Shown here: positions 41,776-57,352 of the stretch, one piece after another | Layout of the letters: every line of letters starts with the position of its first letter | How positions within the stretch are numbered: the first letter of the stretch is position 1 | Assembly: GCA_964016885.1 (NCBI GenBank) | Contig: OZ024743.1 | Location: 24,862,001-24,926,000 of the forward strand | Length of the DNA: 64,000 nucleotides | Origin: Eledone cirrhosa | Taxonomy: Eukaryota | Reading direction: 5' to 3' | Notes under the pieces: model-generated | The model's input: the letters and a program-made list of their open reading frames with translations, nothing else | Database searches by the model: none | Told to the model about the DNA's origin: nothing | Program-made: the position numbers and the translations under genes

Positions 41776-42769
41776 TGGTGGTCATGATGATCGCGATCGA
41801 AGTCTCTATGAAAAGAGAAAAGGATTGAATGACGTCATCAGTGAATTTCTTTTAGCATTTAACGAAGAGCAGCTAACCGACCACATCTGTCATTTCAGAC
41901 ACCAAATATCAAATAAATACATCACTGATGCGACATCCATTGCATCTAATTTGTGTATTAGCCATTTTTCCTGTCATTGTTGAGTACGCCATTTTCTATC
42001 GATTAGCTAGCTACTATAGCCTAGATATATTTGCACTGCAGTTTAAATGTCTATACATTGGCAGCCATTGAACCCTTTTAGGATATCGAGTTGTCACGTT
42101 TCGATAAGAGATAATCATTTCCGTTTTTTGTTGCGTAACTTCCGTCTCTTTAATCCTTTCAGTATCATCTCATTCTCCAACTTCCTTGTTCTTGCTTCAA
42201 AATGTTGTATATACATATACGTATTCAAAATTATAATGGATCTTCCGTCAGTGGCGGTGATGAGTGTTTCAGTTGTTTGATCAACAGAACTAATTATTCA
42301 TTCAATTATAGCGTAAGTGGCTATGTATTTTATTCTAAAGACACATGTAACATTGACATAATTCTCAGACGTGAAAAGGTTGGCCTTTTAATTACAGGTA
42401 CAATCCAACCGACTTTTGATATGTTAAAGGAGATGGAAGGCAGCCATAAATCACAACCTTCTCCGCCAACTTGAATCTCACCTCCTCCTTAATGCCCACC
42501 ATTAAAGCCTTCGCGAAACACACTAATTCGCACACTAATCGACACTCGCTCAAAATAAAAAAAAAGTAGCAATAAAGAACATATATGAAGGAAGGGTCGC
42601 AACATTGCGATGATTCGGGGCACCCCACAAAAACTTCTGGATTATTTTGTCATACCAAAATCAGAATAGTTTCTCCTAGTTCTTGCCACCAACCTACCAA
42701 TGCATAGTTTCAGTAGTCTCATTTAGCCTCGCCAATTTTACCACACTTTCTCCCAGCTGACACAAAATA

Positions 42770-43545
42770 TACCGGAGAGAAACATTTTCAGGTCATCTAT
42801 AAGCTTTCCTCATTGATAGTTCGTTTTTTTATTTCTCTGAATGTGAGTGTTATAGGTATCAGTACTATAACATATAGTAACGGTGAGAATGAGACCTCTC
42901 GGAAGATACCTCTTTTAATTTCTACTTCCCCCAGAAAGATATTGCTTGAGTATAGTTTTCCACTCCGGCATAGTATTCAGCAGAAACTTTGTGATTGTGA
43001 TGTTGTCATCAATACCAGACATCCGCAGGCATTCACTAATCCAAAAATGGGACAACAAAAACATGCTCCTTCTTAAAGTCTATACTTTGCCTTTCATACA
43101 TGCTTGGATGATGTTTCTTACAATGCCTCAAAACTGTATTATCAATAACCACGTGATCCTTGGTACCCTGGGTCTTCATCTTGCATCCTTTTTGTTTTCT
43201 TGGTAATATTCCTTCTTGTGACAGAAAAGCATATAACTTCTCCGCAAATATCCCAGTGAAAACCTTCCATATTATTTGTTTGTTTAGGCATGCAATAGGG
43301 AGATAGTTTCCCACAGCATTCCCCTTCTATCTTTTATCATAAGCGCTGTCCTCCCTGTAACCATCCAGGTGGGGACTGCACCTCTCTGGACACATTCATT
43401 CAACTGTGTTGTCAGTCTTTCATGCATTGCACTGCATCTCTTCAACCAAAAGCCGTGGACCCCATTTGGTCCGGGGCCTTTACAGTTTGTCATCTTCGCT
43501 ATTTGATCCTTTACATCGTCCGTGCTTTTGGTAATATCTCTTTGT
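42770..43545 (-). pseudogene. R4/Dong-clade non-LTR reverse transcriptase fragment
   Basis: KGPGPNGVHGFWLK..VPTWMVTGRTALMIKD..NYLPIACL..QKGC..GTKDHVVID..IDFKK..IKRGIF..SPLL..DDLKMF; frameshifted. Confidence 0.85.
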
Positions 43546-43551
43546 ATATCA

Positions 43552-43875
43552 TGAGTTCAAATCCCGCCGAGATTAACTTTGCCTTTCATCCTTACGGGGT
43601 CGATAAAATAAAGTATCAGTAATGCATTGGGATAATTGCTGGCCTTGTGACAAAAGTAGAAACAATTATTATAATTGGCAGCATTGGTGGACCATCGGAT
43701 AACTTGATTTGAGCGGCCCTTTACGTTCTGAGTTCAAATCCCGCCGAGGTTAGTTTTGCCTTTCATCCTTACGGGGTCGATAAAATAAAATACCAGTCAC
43801 ACACTGGGGTCGATTTACTCGACTTTCGCCTCCCCGAAAATTGCTGGCCTTGTGCCTAAATCGGAAACATTATTA
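43552..43875 (+). mobile_element. Two tandem family-1 SINEs (first 5'-truncated)
   Basis: Shared B-box, core and tail motifs. Confidence 0.85.
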
Positions 43876-44596
43876 TTGTTATATTAATAAATAATAATGC
43901 CAACAACAATAACGATAAAAGCATCATCACAAAAAATAACAAAACAAAAAAAGGAAAATTTCGCCATAGTAGATTTTATGAAAGCATTGTGTCACTGTCA
44001 CATTGGTTACCAAGACTACGAAAATGACAATAACATTAATAGTGGTAGGAGTAGCATCATCAACAGCAGTAATAACTCTATTAGCAGCATTAGCAGCAAG
44101 AAAAACTCAAGTATCACCGCAAACAACACAATTACAACAACTGACATGGGCATAACCACCACCACCATCAGCAACATAATCAGCATAAGCAGAAAGGAAC
44201 GATGGCTACCAAAAGTTCAAAGCATCCATCAGACTTTTGCTACACACTTTCAAATACATACTTAAACATACATGCATACACTGACAGACATACACATACA
44301 CACATACGCACATCAGTTCCAGAAAACAGTGGAATGACGGCGGGGGTGTAAAAGATGATGAAGAAAAAGAAATAAAAACCAGACAAAAAAACGAAACAAA
44401 ACAAAACATTAAATAAATATCAAAGACAAACTTCAAATGTGATTGAAGTATAGAACCCGCACAGACCAACTAGCTTTCCGTTTCGCCTCAATGAAATTAC
44501 GAAGATTAATGCGAGCATCGCTAAGGTTTTGCTCATCTATCCGGTGTCTGTCTTACTAGTTTTTTCGTCCTTATTCTGCGCATGTGCAGATCAGTT

Positions 44597-44662
<66 letters not shown>

Positions 44663-44873
44663 CAATGTTCGGATCTAGCTGTCGAAACAGCCGGAGCTCA
44701 GCCGCCGGGTTCCTGGCTCTTTTCATATATATATATATATATATATGCATTATGTATTCCAAGATGGCCGACTGAATAAGCACGTGTTGTTTTTCTACCA
44801 TTTTTTTTTCTCATTTTTCCCTCTTGCTTCTTATCACTCTTTATTTTCTATTTATCTTCTATTTCTAACTCTA

Positions 44874-44909
44874 TCTTCTGATGAAGGACTAGTGGCCGAA
44901 ACGTTAAGA
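44874..44909 (+). ncRNA. Minimal type-I hammerhead ribozyme in a PLE-like 3' fragment (44745-45000)
   Basis: UCUU-CUGAUGA-A-GG acuagugg CC-GAA-ACGU-U-AAGA: stem I UCUU/AAGA, palindromic ACGU stem III, within a pyrimidine-rich TA-flanked insert. Confidence 0.7.
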
Positions 44910-45030
44910 CTCTCTTCCCGCTATTTCAAGCGTTAAACTAATATATTTATTCCATGTACTGTGCCGTTTGTTTTGTTATTTTTGTTATTTCTGTTTACCT
45001 TATACACACATACACACACACATATATATA

Positions 45031-45064
<34 letters not shown>

Positions 45065-45072
<8 letters not shown>

Positions 45073-45408
45073 TAAAAGGAAAAGAAAATGCTGACAAATT
45101 GTTCCCAGTGAAAAATAGTTTAATTAGGAAGTAAAAATTAGTAATAGTATTGGTTAGTATTCAGTTTTGGTTTTAAGTGTTACCGGTTGAGCAAACATCA
45201 CGGGCGCTCTGTCTGAAAATTATTTTTGAAAAGCATTAGAAATGCGCAACCGGTAAAACTTAAAACCAAAACTGAATACTAACCAATACTATTACTAATT
45301 TTTACTTATTCCTAATTAAACTATTTTTCACTGGGAACAATTTGTCAGCATTTTCTTTTCCTTTTACCAATATATCATAACTCGTGTGTTACACCTCCAT
45401 TCTTTTAA
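45065..45408. mobile_element. Fold-back element family B in (TA)n
   Basis: Short inverted arm 45065-45189 pairs with ~45247-45375. The long plus-strand arm runs 45189-45408. Homologous to 54817-55388. Confidence 0.8.
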
Positions 45409-45439
<31 letters not shown>

Positions 45440-45453
45440 TATATATATATATG

Positions 45454-45758
<305 letters not shown>

Positions 45759-45847
45759 CAAGGCTCTGATACCATCAACATATATATAAATATATATTTG
45801 GGGTTTTAATAATATAATATATAATATCATTAATTATAATATATAAT

Positions 45848-46040
45848 GGGCGGTGAATTGGCAGTATCGGTAGAGGGTCGGACGCCATGCTTTGACGCAT
45901 AGAGTTACGGCCCTTGCCATTCTGAGTTCAAAATCCCGCCGAGGTTAACTTTGCCTTTCATCCTTACGGGGTCGATAAAATAAAGTACCAGTAATACACT
46001 GGTTAATTGATGGCCTTGTGCCAAAAGTAGAAACAATTAA
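45848..46040 (+). mobile_element. tRNA-derived SINE family 1
   Basis: Full-length copy, GGGCGGTGAATTGGCAG...AGTAGAAACAATT. Confidence 0.9.
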
Positions 46041-46082
46041 TTATAATATATAATAATAATAATATAATTTTGTTATAATATA

Positions 46083-47006
46083 CTAGTAGTGGTACCCGGC
46101 GTTGCACGGGATAAGGTATTTTGGAACGCCGACCGCCAACAGACCTAATCGTGGAAAAACTGCATGCCTGGACAATATGTAAAGAAAATAAACCGAATAC
46201 TCTGATGGCTGGATAATCTTTAAGATTTTCCTCGATGAGCAGGAAAAATGCAGGTTTTACCCTAATGCGGGCCCTGGGGGATCAAGAAAATAAAAAAATT
46301 TTATGTGCATAATATGCCTTGAAATTTAGGGAAAATCGATAAAGGCGTAACGCCTCCAAAAAGCCCTAAAAAGCTGAAAAAATGAAGTTTTTCACCTAAT
46401 GCGGGCCCTAGGCCATAAAAAAGTTAGATTTTCTTTGCTCACGATATGAAGAAGACACTGACTAATATATAGTTACAATTTCAAGGAAATCGGTCTGACG
46501 TACGCCTCAAAAAAAACCTAAAAAGCTTAAAAAACGCAGTTTTTCACCTAATGCGGGCCCTAGGAGATCAAAAAGTTAAATTTTCATTTTGAAACATAAG
46601 TAATACACATGTAAAGTTTGAAAAAAGTCGGTTGGGTACTTCTCGAGTTTTAGCGATTCAAACTCACACACACACATACACACACACACACACACACATA
46701 CACACACAGACATCCTCAGGGAAGTGACGTATTGCAGACAGCCAGACATACAGACAGATATTATAAGGGCGCGACGTTATATGTATGTATCTATCTAAAA
46801 AGAGAAAGACTAAGAATTATAGAGAGAGATCGCTAAATCGCTTAATGTGGTCCCTAAGGCATTGAAAATTTGAAATTGTTTGGGGTCAGAACATTCCCTG
46901 AAACATAAGTATTACGCATGTAAAGTTTGAAAACAGTCGGTGCTTCTCTAGTTTTAAGGATTCAAACTCACACACAGACAGACATCCTCAGTTTTATATA
47001 TATAGA
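46083..47006 (-). mobile_element. Non-autonomous Helitron
   Basis: Minus strand A|TCTATATATATAAAA...CCCGTGCAACGCCGGG-TACCACTA-CTAG|T. Internal repeats of TTTTCACCTAATGCGGGCCCT. Same family as 55930-56663. Confidence 0.85.
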
Positions 47007-47011
47007 TAATA

Positions 47012-47192
47012 ATAATTGTTTCTACTTTTGGCACAAGGCCAGCAATTACCCAGTACATTACTGGTACTTTATTTTATCGACTCTGTAAGGATGAAAGGCA
47101 AAGTTAACCTCGACGGGATTTGAATTCTGACCGTAAAGGGACGTAAGTATGCTAGAAAGTATGGCGTCCAACCCTCTACCGATACTGCCAAA
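47012..47192 (-). mobile_element. tRNA-derived SINE family 1
   Basis: Reverse complement of the consensus. Confidence 0.85.
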
Positions 47193-47659
47193 TTTTATAA
47201 TAATAATAATATAATTTTCTTTTTTGATTGGGGGTTACAAGACTTTCGGACCACCATTGCGGGAATATATAATCAGGGCTATGGAGTTCTCTTTTAGACG
47301 TTCCTTAAGTCTCCTGTCCCATCATACCATAAAGAGGCCTGCCGCATCATTATCAATGCTGACACCAATGGTCAACAGAGAGAGAAACCACAAGGTGGGT
47401 GACAAGCAAAAGAAATGTAGAAAAGATTGAAAGAGAGGGAGGACAAGGAGAACATTTTAAAACAAGAATAAAATTTGCAAAATAAGTAACAAACATAAGA
47501 TCTTATACAATAGGGAAGTTATTATAGTGTATAGACGTAGCAAATACTTCCAGCACACATTTGCTGTCCATTGGTTGACCACTCCTTCTACGGCTTTTAT
47601 TATACTACTAGAAGTAGAGTATATAAGGATATATAAGACACTCGGTTAGATATTACCTT

Positions 47660-49335
<1,676 letters not shown>

Positions 49336-50112
49336 TTGTTATACTTTGGGAGGGTCATGTTGCCAATAAGAAACACACGCACCAGTAGCTTTCACTTCAA
49401 TTTATTATAATAAATTTATAATAAATTTATAAATTTATAAATTTCTGGTTAGTTGGTTGGTTCCACAACCAGATAGTTGTTTATATATTGTCATAGTTCT
49501 TTCGTCACACAGTATGTGACCTCTTCAGTGACTGGGGATTCCTTTCTTTGTTTCTGCGCCTCTCCTTTGTTCTGTCCTACGCCATTTTGTTTCTGTGTGT
49601 GTGTTGTGTGCTCAGTCTGCGCATGCGCCACATCCGGGTGTCTGTGTGTGTTTATGTTCATTTATTTATTTGTTTATTTACATGTTACTGGTTGGTTGTT
49701 TGTTCTATGTGTGTGTGTGTTTTCATGTTGTCCTTAATTGTAAGTTGTGATGTTGCTGTTCCACTCATATTTTCTGTTTAATTTTGGTTGTAATTCTTTT
49801 ATGTTTATTGCCTCTGTAATTTTCTAAACATTGCGTCTTTTCTGTGTGTAGATTCTATTTTTATTTCTATGTTCTCTAATTTACCCTTGTGTTCTATCTT
49901 AGCATGTTGGTAGAGTACAGATGATTCTTTACTATCTTGAAGGTCTCGCCAGTGTTCATTTATCCGTTCCCCTACACTACGAGCTGTCTCACCTATGTAC
50001 ACTATATTTTTGTCTCTACATTGTCCTTCAGTACATCTTATGCTATACACTACATTTCTAGTTTTACAGTTAATATGGGGGCTTATTTTACAGGTTATAC
50101 ATTTCTTATCTA
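49336..50112 (-). mobile_element. Penelope-like retroelement 3' part with GIY-YIG endonuclease remnant and pLTR
   Basis: Minus frame CITCKISPHINCKTRNVVYSIRC..C..YIGETARSVGERINEH..SVLYQH is a PLE GIY-YIG preceded by a Cys-rich linker (Neptune-like). Followed by a hammerhead-bearing tail ending at (TA)n. Confidence 0.88.
49490..49532 (-). ncRNA. Minimal type-I hammerhead ribozyme motif
   Basis: GUCA-CUGAAGA-G-GUCACA uacug UGUGAC-GAAA-GAAC-UA-UGAC. Stems are identical to the 22647-22689 copy; differences are confined to loop II and the cleavage-site base. Confidence 0.75.
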
Positions 50113-50115
50113 TAC

Positions 50116-53100
50116 ATGAACACCATCAACACCACCATCACCATCACCATCATCATGAACCTCATCATTGTTACTCTACCCATCATCATCATCATCAACA
50201 CCACCACAACCAATACCATAAACACCACCATCACCGCCATCACCAACACCACCAACACCACCAACACCACCAACACCACCAACACCACCATCACCACCAA
50301 CACCACCAACACCACCATCACCACCATCACCAACACCACTAACACCACCAACACCACCAACACCACCATCACCAACACCATCAACACCACCAACACCACC
50401 AACACCACCAACACCACCAACACCACCACACCACCATCACCACCATCACCAACACCACCATCACCAACACCAACACCAACACCACCAACACAACCACCAA
50501 CACCACCAACACCACCAACACCACCAACACCACCAACACCACCAACACCACCATTACCACCATCACCAACATCACCAACACCAACACCACCAACACCACC
50601 AGCACCACCATCATCACCAACACCAACACCACCATACACCACCAACAACACCACCAACACCACCAACCTCACCAACACCACCAACACCACCAACACCACC
50701 AACACCACCAACACCACCACACCACAAACACCACCAACACCACCAACACCACCAACACCACAAACACCACCAACACCACCAACACCACCAACACCACCAA
50801 CACCACCAACACTACCATTACCACCATCACCAACATCACCAACACCACCAACACCACCAACAACACCACCAACACCACCAACACCAACACCACCAACACC
50901 ACCAACACCACCAACATCACCATTACCACCATCACCAACACCACCAACACCACCAACACCACCAACACCACCAACCTCACCAACACCACCAACACCACCA
51001 ACACCACCAACACCACAAACACCACCAACACCACCAACACCACCAACACCACAAACACCACCAACACCACCAACACCACCAACACCACCAACACCACCAA
51101 CACCACCAACACTACCATTACCACCATCACCAACATCACCAACACCACCAACACCACCAACACCACCAACACCACCAACACCACCAACACCAACACCACC
51201 AACACCACCAACACCACCAACATCACCATTACCACCATCACCAACACCACCAACACCACCAACACCACCAACACCACCAACATCACCAACACCAACACCA
51301 CCAACACCACCGTCATCACCAACAACACCAACACCACCAACATCACCAACACCACCATTACCACCATCACTAACACCACCAACACCAACACCACCATTAC
51401 CACCATCACCAACACCACCAATATCACCAATACCACCATTACCACCATCACCAACACCACCAACACCAACACCACCAACAACACCAACACCACCAACACC
51501 ACCAACACCACCAACACCACCATTACCACCATCACCAACACCACCAACACCACCAACACCACCAACACCACCAACATCACCAACCCCCAACACCACCAAC
51601 AACACCACCAACACCACCAACACCACCAACACCACCAAACCACCAACATCACCAACACCAACACCACCAACACCACCAACATCACCAACCCCCAACACCA
51701 CCAACAACACCACCAACACCACCAACACCACCAACACCACCAACACCACCAACATCACCAACACCAACACCACCAACACCACCATCATCACCAACAACAC
51801 CAACACCACCAACACCACCAACACCACCAACACCACCAACATCACCAACACCAACACCACCAAACCACCATCATCACCAACAACACCAACACCACCAACA
51901 CCACCAACACCACCAACACCACCAACACCACCAACAACACCACCAACACCATCAATACCACCAACACCATCAACACCACCAACACCAACACTAACACCAC
52001 CAACATCACCAACCCCCAACACCACCAACAACACCACCAACACCACCAACACCACCAACACCACCAACACCACCAACACCACCAACACCACCAACATCAC
52101 CAACACCAACACCACCAACACCACCATTATCACCAACACCACCAACACCACCAACACCACCAACACCACCAACATCACCAACACCAACACCACCAACACC
52201 ACCATCATCACCAACACCACCAACATCACCAACATCACCAACACCAACACCACCAAACCACCATCATCACCAACAACACCAACACCACCAACACCACCAA
52301 CACCACCAACACCACCAACACCACCAACATCACCAACACCAACACCACCAACAACACCACCAACACCATCAACACCACCAACACCAACACTAACACCACC
52401 AACACCACCAATACCACCAACACCACCAACACCACCAACATCACCAACACCAACACCACCAACACCACCATCATCACCAACACCACCAACACCACCACCA
52501 TCACCAACATCACCAACACCACCAACACCACCAACACCACCAACACCACCAACACCACCAACACCACCAACATCACCATTACCACCATCACCAACACCAC
52601 CAACACCACCAACACCACCAACAACACCAACACCACCAACACCACCAACACCACCATTACCACCATCACCAACACCACCAACACCACCAACACCAACACC
52701 ACCAACACCACCACCAACACCACCATCACCAACACCACCAACACCACCATTACCACCACCACCAACACCATCAACACCACCATCACCACCATCAACACCA
52801 CCAACAACACCACCAACACCATCAACACCAACATCACCAACACTAACACCACCACCATCATCACCACCACCAACACCACCAACACTACCACCAACACCAT
52901 CAACACCACCATCACCAACACCAACACCACCATCACCACCACCAACACCACCAACACTACCACCAACACCATCAACACCACCATCACCACCATCAACACC
53001 ACCAACAACACCACCAACACCATCAACACCACCATCACCAACACCAACACCACCATCACCACCACCAACACCACCATTACCACCACCACCAACACCATCA

Positions 53101-53307
53101 ACACCACCATCACCACCATCAACACCACCAACAACACCACCAACACCATCAACACCAACATCACCAACACCAACACCACCACCATCATCACCACCACCAA
53201 CACCACCAACACTACCACCAACACCATCAACACCACCGTCACCACCATCAACACCATCATCATCATGAACCTCATCATTGTTACTCTACCCATCATCATC
53301 ATCATCA
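50116..53307. repeat. 3.2-kb (CCA/ACA/TCA)n compound low-complexity array
   Basis: Dominant 9-mer ACACCACCA with internal block duplications; almost no G on the plus strand. Confidence 0.95.
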
Positions 53308-53559
53308 TATTTAACACACCAATTCTATTTAACAATTTCAAAAGATACAAAGGGTGGAAAAAGGCATGAAAAATCAACAAAACATTATTGATGAGTTTTT
53401 AATTAGGGATTGGTTTTTAGCCTAATTAATCTCCATCCGATTGCTGTTGTGTCGCCACGGCGTGAGTAAGGCTGTTGTCTACAATAGCAGCTTTAATAAT
53501 TTCTCGACATGCTAAAATATTATACAAAAGACAAACAGGCACACAATGTTATACACGGT

Positions 53560-54195
53560 TACACACTATATACACATACATTTACACACATACATTTACA
53601 CACATACATTTACACACATACATTTACAGACATACATTTACACACATACATTTACAGACATACATTTACACGCATACATTTACACACTATACACACATAT
53701 ATTTACACACATACATTTACACACTATACACACATACAATTACACACAAACATTTACACACATACATTTACACACATACATTTACATACTATACACACAT
53801 ACATTTACACACATACATTTACACACACATTTACACACATACATTTACACACATACATTTACACACTATACACACATACATTTACACATACATTTACACA
53901 TACATTTACACACTATACACACATACATTTACACACTATACACACATACAATTACACACTATACACACATACATTTACACACATACATTTACACACACAC
54001 TATTACACACATAGATTTACACACATACATTTACACACATACATTTACACATACATTTGCACACATACATTTACACACACACTATTACACACATACATTT
54101 ACACACATACATTTACACACATACATTTACACACATACATTTACACACACACTATTACACACATACATTTACACACATACATTTACACACACACG
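53560..54195. repeat. 14-bp minisatellite
   Basis: (ACACATACATTTAC)n. Confidence 0.92.
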
Positions 54196-54278
54196 TACAA
54201 ACACACATATACTGGGCGGAGACGTAGCAGTGTCTAATTATGCTGCACTCAACACACACTCATATGTATGTGTATATA

Positions 54279-54580
54279 TCTCCTTATAATATATAACCAG
54301 CAATTTCTCTGTCTGTCTGTCCGACAGTGGAAACACGTGCGCGCGTGCGAATGTTTTTTGCGCACGCGTAGAGAGAGAGTGAGAGTGAAAGAAAGAGACA
54401 GACTACGAGAGGGGGATAGCGGGAGGGAGAGAGGGGGAGAGAGAGAGAGAGAGTGAATAGACGCTAAAACACGTGCGCGCGTGCGAATGTTTTTTGTGCA
54501 CGCGTAGAGAGAGAGTGAGAGTGAAAGAAAGAGACAGACTACAAGAGGGGGATAGAGGGAGGGAGAGAGGGGGGAATTGA
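54279..54580 (+). mobile_element. Helitron-like 5' fragment with internal ~135-bp duplication
   Basis: A|TCTCCTTATAATATATAA..TTTCTCTGTCTGTCTGTCC resembles the 5' end at 55416. AAACACGTGCGCGCGTGCGAATG... is present twice. Confidence 0.55.
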
Positions 54581-54668
54581 GGAGTGCTACAGAAACATAT
54601 ATACATTTCTGTGTGTGTGTAATATATATATACACACACAGATATATATATACATTTCTGTGTGTGTA

Positions 54669-54701
<33 letters not shown>

Positions 54702-54727
54702 GAAATATATATACATTTCTCTGTGTG

Positions 54728-54768
<41 letters not shown>

Positions 54769-54816
54769 GAAATATATATATATTTCCGTGTGTGTGTGTA
54801 TATATATATATATATA

Positions 54817-55378
54817 GTTAAAAGAATAGAGGTGTAACACACAAGTTATTATATATTGGTAAACGGAATAGAAAATGCTGACAAATTGTTCACAGTTGAA
54901 AAATGGTTTAATTAGGAATAAAAGAGTATTAGTGATTGTATGGGTTAGTATTCAGTTGTGGTTTTAAGTTTTTAAGTTTTTACCGGTTGCGCATTTCTAA
55001 ATGCTTTTCAAAAATAATTTTGAGATAGAGTGTCCGTGCTGTTTGCTCTGATCTGATTAGTTTTGGGAATTCTACCTGTTTTTATGTTAAAAAAGTGGCT
55101 CCAGCGTTATTTTTGTGTTAACACAAAAATAACGCTGGAGCCACTTTTTTACATAAAAACAGGTAGAATTCCCAAAACTAATCAGATCAGAGCAAACAGC
55201 ACGGACACTCTATCTCAAAATTATTTTTGAAAAGCATTTAGAAATGCGCAACCGGTAAAAACTTAAAAACTTAAAACCACAACTGAATACTAACCCATAC
55301 AATCACTAATACTCTTTTATTCCTAATTAAACCATTTTTCAACTGTGAACAATTTGTCAGCATTTTCTATTCCGTTTA

Positions 55379-55388
<10 letters not shown>
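54817..55388. mobile_element. Fold-back element family B, spacer-less ~540-bp palindrome
   Basis: Symmetry axis between 55119 and 55120 (TTTTGTGTT|AACACAAAA). Arms ~270 bp with one mismatch seen. (TA)n on both sides. Confidence 0.85.
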
Positions 55389-55413
<25 letters not shown>

Positions 55414-55415
55414 CA

Positions 55416-55929
55416 TCTACTTATAATATATAATGGGCATTTCTCTGTTTGTTTGTCTGTCTGTCCGTCTGTAAAAAATGCCAAGGAAACAAATAGACTC
55501 GGTTTCAAATCTCTATGCTTTTCAAATTCATTACATTAATCTTTATTTATAGGTTTCGCTTTACGAGTGTTTCGACTTACGAGTGTTTCGGCTTACGAGT
55601 GTTTCGGCTTATCATTATATATAAACGTTTCTATTTCCATCGTTTTATCGTAAAGGTTTATATATTTCCATCGTTATATCATAACGTTTATGTATCATAA
55701 CGTTTATATTTCCGTCACTAATCTCTTTTTCTCCTTTTTCGTTTTAACATATATTTATTTCAAAGATTTCACCGTATAGATAACATATATATTTATACAT
55801 GCATAAAAGACACACCGAGAGACAGTGAACAAGTGGTGCCGAAAACATTTCTCATCCAAATCTCAACAATATCAGTATATACACTAGATTTGCTAGCAGA
55901 AAACCGCCCACCGCGTGGTTTTCTGCTAG
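55416..55929 (+). mobile_element. Non-autonomous Helitron
   Basis: A|TCTACTTATAATATATAA at the 5' end; 3' GC-rich hairpin and CTAG at 55926-55929. Confidence 0.7.
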
Positions 55930-56663
55930 TTTATATATATAAAACTGAGCATGTCTGTCTGTGTCTGTGTGAGTTTGAATCCCTAAACTCGAGAAACACC
56001 CAACCGACTGTTTTCAAACTTTATATATGTAATACTTATGTTTCAGGGAGTGTTCTGAGCAAATAAAATTTCAAATTTTCAATGCCCTAGGGACCGCATT
56101 AGGCGTTTTAGCGATCTCTCTCTATAATTCTTACTCTTTCTCTTTTTAGATAGATACATACATATAACGTCGCGCCCTTATAATATCTGTCTGTATGTCT
56201 GGCTGTCTGCATTACGTCAGTTCCCTGAGGATGTCTGTCTCTGTGAGTTTCAATCCCTAAAACTCGAGAAGTACCCAACCGATTTTTTTCAAACTTTACA
56301 TGTGTATTACATGTTTCAGGGAGTGTTATGCACATAACTTTTTGATTAGGTGAAAAACTTCATTTTTTTTCAGCTTTTTAGGGCTTTTTGGAGGCGTTAC
56401 GTCTAGCCGATTTTCCAGAAATTTCAAGGCATATTATGCACATAAAAAAAATTATTTTCTTGATTCCCTAGGGCTTGCATTAGGTGAACACCTGCATTTT
56501 TCCTGCTTCATCGAGGAAAATCTTAAAGATTATCCGGCCATCAGAGTATTCGGTTTATTTTCTTTACATATTGTCCAGGCATGCAGTTTTTCCACGATTA
56601 GGTCTGTTGGCGGCTCGCGTTCCAAAATACCTTATCCCGTGCAACGCCGGGTACCACTGCTAG
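55930..56663 (+). mobile_element. Non-autonomous Helitron (same family as 46083-47006)
   Basis: T(T)TATATATATAAAACTGAG at the 5' end; CCCGTGCAACGCCGGG hairpin then CTAG. Confidence 0.85.
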
Positions 56664-56738
56664 AATACATATATATATGTGTGTGTGTATACATATATAT
56701 ATATACATACATATATATATAAATATATATATATATAT

Positions 56739-56797
56739 AACAAAGCGGGTGTGGTAAGATACCAGGTGGACCATAACGCACCAGAGTACTCGATACT
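56739..56797 (-). mobile_element. Family A 3'-tail fragment in (TA)n
   Basis: GTGGTAAG..CCAG.TGGACCATAA..ACCA.AGTACTC.ATACTTA matches 23279-23327. Confidence 0.65.
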
Positions 56798-56829
<32 letters not shown>

Positions 56830-56921
56830 AACATATATACATGTATGTATATATATATATATGTGAGTGCGTGTGTTTGTATATATATATATATATATAT
56901 ATATAAAGACATACAAACATG

Positions 56922-57103
<182 letters not shown>

Positions 57104-57294
57104 GATTTGAGGTTCACCACTGTATAGAGCTGGTCTATTCCGTATGGTCAATCGTAATGCAATAATATAGAGAGTACTCAACGTAAAGCAGTTCAACCGT
57201 CTTTGTTTTTGTAGTTGGTGGTGCTATTACGGAGTTAAATATTATAATGAAATGACAGGAGGCTGGATTTGTGTAAATCCTTGAAAGGTTTATT

Positions 57295-57352
57295 ATACTA
57301 TGATCATTTCAATGACCGGGTTCCGTATGAATCCGGTGATATCATCAGGTAT
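57295..57352 (-). ncRNA. Type-I hammerhead ribozyme motif (mirror copy)
   Basis: Exact reverse complement of 57557-57614. Confidence 0.75.

Noticed and set aside
50116-53268. 1050-aa Pro/Thr-rich mucin- or extensin-like ORF
   Set aside because: C/A-only repeats lack stops in any frame. The translation flips between TN-rich and PT-rich registers, showing frame-blind indels, and there is no signal peptide.
54817-55388. Fold-backs interpreted as MITEs or miRNA precursors
   Set aside because: The arms are asymmetric, the axis differs between family-B copies, no TIR superfamily motif is present, and perfect long stems are unlike pre-miRNAs. A TA TSD cannot be formally excluded inside (TA)n.
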